This document shows positions 57,686 to 64,000 of a DNA stretch of 64,000 bases, piece by piece; positions within the stretch are counted from its first letter, which is position 1; each line of letters opens with the position of its first letter. Both the position numbers and the translations under genes were made by a program. The DNA is from Armatimonadota bacterium (GTDB lineage Bacteria; Armatimonadota; Hebobacteria; GCA-020354555; CP070648): positions 1,281,336 through 1,345,335 of the forward strand of contig CP070648.1 of assembly GCA_020354555.1 (NCBI GenBank), in the 5' to 3' direction. The notes beneath the pieces were generated by a model. The model saw only the letters and a list, made by a program, of their open reading frames with translations, was not told the DNA's origin and did no database searches.

Positions 57686-58285
57686 CTACATTTCGGTCCT
57701 GCCCTGGAGCGCGCGCGTGATGGTGAGTTGGTCGGCGTAATCGAGGTCACCGCCCACCGGAAGCCCGAGTGCGATACGCGTCACCTTGACCCCCAGCGGC
57801 TTGAGCACGCCCGCCAGATACGCGGCGGTCGCGTCGCCCTCCACCACCGGGTTGGTGGCGATGATCACCTCCCTGACATCATCCGCGCGCGCGCGCTCCA
57901 CCAATTCCTTGATGCGCAGCTGCTCCGGGCCCACATTGTCCAGCGGCGAGATGAGACCGTGGAGCACATGGTAGAGCCCCGCGTATTCGCTGGTGTTTTC
58001 CATCGCCAGCAAGTCGCGTGGCTCGGCGACGACGCAGATCTGGCTGCGGTCGCGCCGCTCGTCATCGCAGATCGCGCACGGGTCGGCATCCGTGAAATTG
58101 AAGCACTGCGAGCAGTGCCTGATGCTCTGCTTGACCTCTACGATGGCGTCGGCGAGCGCCCGTGCCTCGTCCTCGGGACGCTCCAGTATATGAAACGCCA
58201 AGCGCTGCGCGGACTTCGGGCCGATGCCTGGCAGCCGCTCCAGCTCCTCGATCAGCCTCGCCAACGGTTTGGGATAGTATCTCAT
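57686..58285 (-). CDS. recR: Recombination protein RecR.
   Basis: Start [28 protein letters not shown] (HhH). C4 zinc finger [16 protein letters not shown]. Toprim domain. Confidence 0.85.
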   Translation of the reverse strand: MRYYPKPLARLIEELERLPGIGPKSAQRLAFHILERPEDEARALADAIVEVKQSIRHCSQCFNFTDADPCAICDDERRDRSQICVVAEPRDLLAMENTSEYAGLYHVLHGLISPLDNVGPEQLRIKELVERARADDVREVIIATNPVVEGDATAAYLAGVLKPLGVKVTRIALGLPVGGDLDYADQLTITRALQGRTEM

Positions 58286-58385
58286 CTCGCCAGTCCCTAT
58301 CCTGGCGGGTGCACCCGCCTCGGGCACCGCATCGCTCCGTCACTACGGCAAAGCAGTTCTGCGAGAAGCCGGCGCGGAGTGCCGC

Positions 58386-58706
58386 TCACGCCCCGAACAG
58401 CCCCGGAATGTCCAGCCCGCCGGTGAGTTCGGCGGTCCTCTGCTGCTGGATGTCCCGAGCCTTGCTCAACGCCTCCCGCACCGCAGCCAGCACCAGGTCC
58501 TGGAGCATCTCCACGTCATTCGGATCCACCGCCTCCGGCTTGATCTTCACCTCGATCAGATCGCCGAGCCCCGATGCCGTCGCCTCCACCATCCCCCCGC
58601 CGGCGCTCGCCTGCACCCGTTCCTCGCCGAGCTCTTGCTGGAGCCGCTGCATCTTCTGTATCTGGTCCGCCAGCATCTTCTCCAGCCCCGCTTTGAACTG
58701 ACGCAT
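58386..58706 (-). CDS. ybaB: YbaB/EbfC nucleoid-associated protein.
   Basis: 106 aa. MLADQIQKMQRLQQEL...VKIKPEAVDPNDVEMLQDLVLAAVREA is typical of YbaB. Confidence 0.8.
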   Translation of the reverse strand: MRQFKAGLEKMLADQIQKMQRLQQELGEERVQASAGGGMVEATASGLGDLIEVKIKPEAVDPNDVEMLQDLVLAAVREALSKARDIQQQRTAELTGGLDIPGLFGA

Positions 58707-58835
58707 GCGTTGCTCCCTTCCTGTACGCGGCGTTTCCCGCTGGCTAGCCGCAGAACCGTCCCGACGCGCGCGGGAGACACTCCGGCCGCGTTCGCCTCGC
58801 GACGCCAGACCTCATCCCCCGGTGTGCGCGCCGCA

Positions 58836-60452
58836 TCATACGATCTCGCTCCCGGGAAACATGGACATGACGTTCTTGACGTTGTCGTTGTTCGCGTCCG
58901 CCCCCCGCTGCTCCGGCTCCAGCAGGCGGCACTCCAGGGTCATCTCCATGCCCGTCTCCGCGGCGATCAGGTCAGATACGATCTGCTGCCGCTCCGCTGA
59001 CTTCATCTGGTTCCAGTGGAACTCGTGGTTGAAGCCCACGACGAGCCGGTTGCCGTTGAGTTCCACCGGCGAGCTCTCCGCCAGAAACGCCGCGACGGTC
59101 GAATGCCTCTGGGCGCGCAGCTTCTCCATGATCGCGGGCCAGCGCCCCTGCACCATTTCGAGCGAGACCTCTCCGTCGGACGGCGCATCCCCGGTTCCCG
59201 TCGAGGCGGGCGCCTCGGCGGCGACCTTCGCCTTCTTGCGACCTGCGGCAGGCCCCGTGGCCTTGGTGCGGGGCGGCTTCGCGCTCGCGGCCTTCGCCGG
59301 CTGCTTCTCCGGGGCTGGCGCAGCGGCGGCGGGCCGTGCCTCCTCGACTGCCGCGGCCGGCTCGGGCGACGAGGCGAGACGCACCAGCGCCAACTCGAGT
59401 GTCAGCCGCTGCTGCTCGCTGCGCCTGAGTTCCCGCTCCGCGTCGCTCATGATCTGCGCCGCACGCGTGATATCGCGCTCATCCATGCCGTCCGCCTGCG
59501 CCTTGATCCTCTCCGCGTTGTCCTCCGGCAGGACGACGAGTTCCCCGCCGCGGCGACAGACGCGCAGCAGCAGCAGGTCGCGGAAATGCGCCATCAGCTC
59601 GGCAGCCAACTGACGCAGATCCCGGCCCTCGTCAACCGCCCGCGCCACGAGATGGAACGCCTTCTCGACATCACGCTGCGCAACGGCATCCGCGAAATCG
59701 GCGACCAACTCCAGGTCTACCCCGCCCACAATGGCCTGGATGTCAGCGGCGGAGACCTCGTTGCCCGCATACGAGATCGCCTGCTCGAGCAGACTCAGGG
59801 CATCGCGCGCCGACCCGGCCGCCGCCCGGACGAGCATCGTGGTCGCCTGTTCGTCGAGCGCCACGTTCTCCGCCTGCGCCACCTTGCCCACCAGTGATCT
59901 CAAGTCGGACGTGGGCAAGCGCCGAAAGTCGTAGCGCTGGCATCGTGAGAGCACGGTGGCGGGGAGCTTGTGCGGCTCCGTCGTGCACAGCACGAAGATG
60001 ACGTGGCTCGGGGGCTCCTCGAGGGTCTTGAGGAAGGCGTTGAAGGCGGAGGTGCTCAGCATGTGCACCTCGTCCACAATGTACACCTTGTACCGCGCGG
60101 CGGCGGGCGCCGTCTGAACCCGCTCGCGCAGTTCGCGGATGTCATCTACACTCGTCTTGCTCGCGGCGTCAATCTCGATGACATCCAGCGCCGAGCCTTG
60201 CGCAATCCGCCGGCATGAGTCGCACTCGCCGCACGGCTCCGAAGCCGGGCCTTTGTCACAGTTCAACGCCTTGGCGAGCAGCCGCGCGGTGGTCGTCTTA
60301 CCGGTGCCGCGCGGCCCGGCGAATAAGTAGGCGTGGGCAATGCGCTCTTCGCGCACTGCGTTGCGCAGCGCGCGCGCGACGTGTGGCTGGCCGATGAGTT
60401 CGTCGAACGTCTGCGGCCGGTATTTCCTGTAGAGCGTCAGATACGCCATCAT
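58836..60452 (-). CDS. dnaX: DNA polymerase III subunit gamma/tau.
   Basis: YRKYRPQTFDELIGQ...GPRGTGKTT Walker A. Zn module CDKGPASEPCGECDSC. SRC motif. Confidence 0.85.
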   Translation of the reverse strand: MMAYLTLYRKYRPQTFDELIGQPHVARALRNAVREERIAHAYLFAGPRGTGKTTTARLLAKALNCDKGPASEPCGECDSCRRIAQGSALDVIEIDAASKTSVDDIRELRERVQTAPAAARYKVYIVDEVHMLSTSAFNAFLKTLEEPPSHVIFVLCTTEPHKLPATVLSRCQRYDFRRLPTSDLRSLVGKVAQAENVALDEQATTMLVRAAAGSARDALSLLEQAISYAGNEVSAADIQAIVGGVDLELVADFADAVAQRDVEKAFHLVARAVDEGRDLRQLAAELMAHFRDLLLLRVCRRGGELVVLPEDNAERIKAQADGMDERDITRAAQIMSDAERELRRSEQQRLTLELALVRLASSPEPAAAVEEARPAAAAPAPEKQPAKAASAKPPRTKATGPAAGRKKAKVAAEAPASTGTGDAPSDGEVSLEMVQGRWPAIMEKLRAQRHSTVAAFLAESSPVELNGNRLVVGFNHEFHWNQMKSAERQQIVSDLIAAETGMEMTLECRLLEPEQRGADANNDNVKNVMSMFPGSEIV

Positions 60453-60515
60453 TCGCTGCGGCGTTCCGGCAAGCGCGTCGCCACGCCGCGACCCTCACGC
60501 AGCCCCTCTCACAAA

Positions 60516-60576
60516 GGTTAAGGTGTAAGGCACGTGCCGACCTTGGACGGGGCGGTCTCCGCCTTACACCTTAGCC
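60516..60576 (-). terminator. Long imperfect inverted repeat (16-bp arms) between ffs and dnaX. Candidate ffs terminator or dnaX leader structure.
   Basis: ggttaaggtgtaaggc ... gccttacaccttagcc. On the minus strand the stem is followed by UUUGUG. Contains the perfect palindrome GGCACGTGCC (60529-60538). Confidence 0.35.
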
Positions 60577-60639
60577 GAAAACTGATCGTGCACCTGCCTT
60601 CGACCGGACGTACAGAGCGGAATCGGCGCAGTTAGCTCC

Positions 60640-60740
60640 AGCCAGGATGACTGCGGCGCCCGCGTGTCCTCGCTTACCGCTGCTTCCTTCCGGATCTGAC
60701 GGGGTTCACGAGCACGCGTCGCGCAGGGCCCAACCTTCAT
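60640..60740 (-). ncRNA. ffs: Signal recognition particle RNA (small 4.5S type).
   Basis: Minus-strand sequence GUCAGAUCCGGAAGGAAGCAGCGGUAAGCGAGGACACGCGGGCGCC matches the universally conserved SRP RNA domain IV (..GUCAGGUCCGGAAGGAAGCAGCCAAGG..). 5'/3' complementarity (CUGCG..CGCAG). Canonical position immediately upstream of dnaX. Ends are approximate. Confidence 0.6.
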
Positions 60741-61347
60741 CACCACTTGCGCCGCCCAGCCTCCATGCGGACGGCCTCGGGCAGGGATTCGACCCCGCTA
60801 GAGCGGATTGCGGGTACAGGGCACCGCTAGCTCCCCGTCTAGCACGATCAGCAAACCCGGTCAGCAATCACTGCCCCAATGACAGCCCGGCAAACAGCCG
60901 GGAGCGCTCCGCGATCCGCCGCCGGAAAGCACTTCGGCGTGACCCGACAGAGCGTTTCCTGCCGCGCCCGCGCATCGCCTCTGGCGCGCGCAAAGCGCGG
61001 CGCCAGTGTCCAGTCTCATGATAGCACATCCGCTCAGCGACGACAACTGGCGCCGAGTCACGGCTGCCGGCAACGCCGCCGCGCGTCTGGTGCGAAGCCA
61101 GGCCGGACTTGGCGCAGCCATCCGGGCGCCATCCCGGCATGACTCCTACGGGCCGCGAGCGCTGCCGGGGTCAGGCATGCAAGGTACAGTGGAAAGGGCG
61201 TTCGACGTGAGCCGTCGCTCGGGCGCTGGCTGCGCGCGGGCGGCCTGCTGCGGGGGAATGGGAGAAGGCCGGAGGGGCTGCCGTTTGCCGCGGCCGCTGT
61301 CCGCGACCGAGCGCGAACGGAGGTCGCCATCGGCGCACCGCGAGATG

Positions 61348-61851
61348 CTACTCCGCGGGCGTGTAGGTGATGTGCTTGTCGAAGTCGTTTTGGCCCAGCC
61401 CATCCCAGCCGAGGCCGTCCGGCGACCACACCAGGACCCACGGCGCATTCTCGCCCAACGCTTCCCGTTCGGCCTCCGAGGAATACGCTAGAATCGCAAC
61501 GGCGGAGACCCCGGGATCCTTGCGTTGGATGCTGTCGGCCAAGCGCGTCAACTCGAGCTGCGTGAACTGCTCATCCGTGGGGCGGGAGACGGCTGCATAC
61601 GCGAGGATTCGTGGGCGGCCTTCATCGGTTGCGTTGGTTTGGTCGAGCAGCCTGGCTACGGGTCTCATGTCGGGAGCCCCCGGGACCTCGTGCGCGCCGA
61701 GACCGACCGCGGCGAGGGACGGCGTAGCGACGGTGCCGCCGATCTGCTGTGTGAGGTGAATGGCCAGCGCCAGGACGATCGCGATCGCGACCAGAGCGCC
61801 TCCGATGCTGGAGAAGCGGGCTCTTGCTTCGCGCATGCTCTTGTCTCCCAT
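61348..61851 (-). CDS. Hypothetical membrane-anchored protein.
   Basis: Start at MGDKSMREARARFSSIGGALVAIAIVLALAI (signal-anchor; alternative ATG 61836 has the better RBS). No recognised family. Confidence 0.4.
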   Translation of the reverse strand: MGDKSMREARARFSSIGGALVAIAIVLALAIHLTQQIGGTVATPSLAAVGLGAHEVPGAPDMRPVARLLDQTNATDEGRPRILAYAAVSRPTDEQFTQLELTRLADSIQRKDPGVSAVAILAYSSEAEREALGENAPWVLVWSPDGLGWDGLGQNDFDKHITYTPAE

Positions 61852-62810
61852 CTCCGCTAACGTAGAACTGCCGTTAAGACAGGCTGACGCCGTTCTGGCA
61901 GCGTGTCGCGCCAACGGCGATGCCGCAACCCCGCGGTCGCAGACTGGGATTCGTGCTGAGGCCGGTCCTGGAGACGTGACACTGACGCGCGAGCGGGGAC
62001 CGATCAACCCAAACGACCCACTTAACGGATACGAGAGCCGTATTCAACGTGCTCATCGTCGGTTCCTTCTTGACCTGGCGGTCTCCGGGAGGGATTTCTG
62101 CGTGTTTCTTCGGGCCGTTCGGCGAGCGGCAGCGCCAGGACCTCACGCACAATATGTCTCGTTCGACTTCTACCCAAGTTGGGAGCGCAGTAACCCTCTT
62201 TCGGGGCACTGCGAGGCGGCTTGCCGGAAAGGCGATCTGACCTAGCGCTCGTTCACTCGCTACCCAGGTATGCGAACGCCTGCCGACCGTGAGCGGCGCG
62301 CCGGGCGGGAGCGCCCTCTCCTTGTGAGCAGATCGCCGGGCTAAACCGCGGGCCGACGCTCGACCAGTTGAGCAAAACCCGCGAGATCTGGGAGGGCTCG
62401 AAGCGCACGCGCAGTCCGCTTTCCGCCGGATATCGAGCAATTCCCACACCCCGCGGTTCACTTCGTCCGCGACAAGGAGTACACTCCATTCGCTCCCATC
62501 ATCAGCCCACGCGAGAGGAATGCGGCGAGACAGGCTTGGCGCCATCGGGATGTAGACAACTAGATCGTCCAGATTGGGGAAAGCAGAATCGGGGTGCATG
62601 CGCAGCACTGCCGTGACGGGGCAGTTGGAGATATTCGCCGGGGTCAAAGTGATACGGACGCCACAGGCCCACGCTAACCCGGATTGCTCATGACGAGCGC
62701 AGACTTCGGGCAAACTGCGCGGCTGGGCAGTCATGAATTATCCGCGAGCAGCGACTATGGCGCACGCAACGACGATACCGCCGACACACGACAGGTACGA
62801 ACAATGCAGG

Positions 62811-63998
62811 CTAACGCATGTAGCCCAGCGAGCGAAGCTCCCGCGCTCGTTGCTCACTGATCCGGACCTGAGCCCGGCCACCGCGAGCTTCGTTCATGGC
62901 GATGTGGCGCGCCATCAGCGGCTTGAGTTGAGTCGCGCCCTCCCAGGTGCCGTCGGCTCGCCGGAACCCGACGTCGGTCGCGGTGCGGATCGCGTGCTGA
63001 TGGAAAGGCGGGCAGTTGGTGTACCCCATGCGCTCGGCGAGGGTGCTGAATACGGCCTTGGGGGCGGGGGCGTAGGGCGGCAGTGGCGGCGCCGTCATCT
63101 CGTTCGGTGTCAGCCCTGCCAGGCGCAGGAGAGTCGGCGCGAGCTGGAATGTCCCGACCGGGGCGATGATAACGCCGGTGCGCTGCCCGGCCAGGATGAG
63201 CGGGACGTGGCTGCACTCGTCATAGAGGGTTCGTGAGTGTTTGAGACCGCCGTGCTCAGCCCACTCTTCGCCGTGATCAGAAACCAACGCTACGGTGCAG
63301 CGCGGCGGCGCGTCGGCGAGGAGCACGCCAAGGTCCGCATCGGCGTCCTCGATCTCGCCCTCGTAGCACGAATGCAGGTATGTGATTTCCTTCCGCCCGA
63401 ACTTCCCGTTCGGGAAGGCACCGTTCGCCAACTCGGCCGGAGCCCCGTCCGGGAGCGCAGGCGGACGCTTGGGAGTATATGGGTCGTGCGGGCCGAGCAG
63501 GTACACAACCGCGAAGAACGAACGCGCGGAGTGCCCTTGCAGCCATTGGGCGCATTCCCTCACGACGCGTCGATCGTTGTCGAATATGTAACGGGTCACG
63601 CCGAAGCCCTGGGTGAACCCGAAGTCGGCTGTGATGCGCGGGTGGGAGGTGAACAGCGCTGTCGCAAAACCCGCTGCGCGGAAGCGTTCAGCCAGTGTGT
63701 TCGCCTCGGGCCGCAGCCAGGGCAGCCCCTCGGGCGTAATCAAGAGGACTTGCCCCGGATACATCCCGGTGAACAAAGCGGCATTGGCACCCGCGGTCCA
63801 CGATGCTTGCGTGTATGCCGCGTCGTAGCGCAGGCCGCGTCGAGCCAGCGCGTCCATGTTCGGCGTCCGCACCGTGGTTGAGCCATAGCAGCCGACGTGA
63901 TCCGCCCTCAGTGCATCTACCACGACGACAAGGAACTGCTGCGGGCGCCGCGACGCCCGAAAGCCGGCGACGCCGATCGCGACGAGCACGAAGACCAT
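62811..63998 (-). CDS. Sulfatase-like alkaline-phosphatase-superfamily hydrolase (second Thr-type copy). The N-terminus may extend beyond the window.
   Basis: LVVVVDALRADH metal-site start. Signature region AYTQASWTAGANAALFTG lacks C/S-x-P-x-R. The ATG at 63998 is 2 nt from the window end. Confidence 0.55.
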   Translation of the reverse strand: MVFVLVAIGVAGFRASRRPQQFLVVVVDALRADHVGCYGSTTVRTPNMDALARRGLRYDAAYTQASWTAGANAALFTGMYPGQVLLITPEGLPWLRPEANTLAERFRAAGFATALFTSHPRITADFGFTQGFGVTRYIFDNDRRVVRECAQWLQGHSARSFFAVVYLLGPHDPYTPKRPPALPDGAPAELANGAFPNGKFGRKEITYLHSCYEGEIEDADADLGVLLADAPPRCTVALVSDHGEEWAEHGGLKHSRTLYDECSHVPLILAGQRTGVIIAPVGTFQLAPTLLRLAGLTPNEMTAPPLPPYAPAPKAVFSTLAERMGYTNCPPFHQHAIRTATDVGFRRADGTWEGATQLKPLMARHIAMNEARGGRAQVRISEQRARELRSLGYMR

Positions 63999-64000
63999 GA

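Noticed and set aside
58836-60452. Programmed -1 frameshift site in dnaX (gamma/tau), as in E. coli.
   Set aside because: I could not find an A AAA AAG-type slippery heptamer (cttttttt on the plus strand) in the gene. Many bacteria lack it. Cannot be excluded without a proper scan.
60741-61347. tRNA gene in the gene-poor region next to ffs.
   Set aside because: No cloverleaf-compatible segment with a GTTCRANYC T-loop found by eye. It needs tRNAscan-SE to settle, so it is not reported as a feature.
62733-63236. 167-aa plus-strand ORF overlapping the 3' part of the sulfatase-like gene.
   Set aside because: Antisense to a motif-supported gene. Gly/Arg-rich, with no features.
1-64000. CRISPR arrays, integrases/transposases, phage genes, toxin-antitoxin or classical defence systems.
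   Set aside because: No direct-repeat/spacer periodicity, no recombinase or nuclease/ATPase signatures recognised. The only repeats are the three GTCATTC...GAATC units.

Overview
High-GC (~65-70%) bacterial chromosomal segment with dense, mostly uninterrupted coding. All annotation is by eye from recalled family motifs; no BLAST, HMM, RNA-folding or covariance search was run, so family calls are hypotheses graded by confidence. What is in the window:

(1) Conserved housekeeping blocks on the minus strand.
- nusA - ylxR - infB - DUF503 - rbfA - nrnA - truB - ribF
- porG - porD - porA - porB (four-subunit pyruvate:ferredoxin oxidoreductase)
- ffs (SRP RNA, missed by the ORF track) - dnaX - ybaB - recR

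(2) Many secreted or lipoprotein glycan-processing genes:
- Cys-type and Thr-type sulfatase-family proteins
- BNR sialidase-like protein, GH5-like hydrolase, heparinase II/III-like protein
- two large right-handed beta-helix proteins
- a DUF4091/GH123-like protein coupled to a GHL-type TIM barrel
- three Gfo/Idh/MocA oxidoreductases plus a xylose-isomerase-like TIM barrel
- a VIT-vWA protein

(3) A radical-SAM cluster resembling the 'arsenosugar biosynthesis' (ArsS) neighbourhood, which I rate the most interesting locus. It contains an ArsS-like radical SAM/Cys-rich protein, a single-gene fusion of the TIGR04282 (DUF2064) and TIGR04283 (GT2) partners, a GT-C/DUF2029 membrane glycosyltransferase, a FAD oxidoreductase with a polyferredoxin membrane protein, and a DUF547 lipoprotein. 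No ArsM methyltransferase is visible.

(4) A family of at least three interspersed ~25-nt GTCATTC...GAATC repeat units. The first copy is a complete long hairpin bracketed by ~17-nt direct repeats.

Other structured non-coding regions, translationally coupled gene pairs and several uncharacterised secreted proteins with internal duplications are recorded as findings. There are no CRISPR arrays, no transposase or integrase genes, and no rRNA. I did not recognise any tRNA by eye, but no tRNA scan was run.
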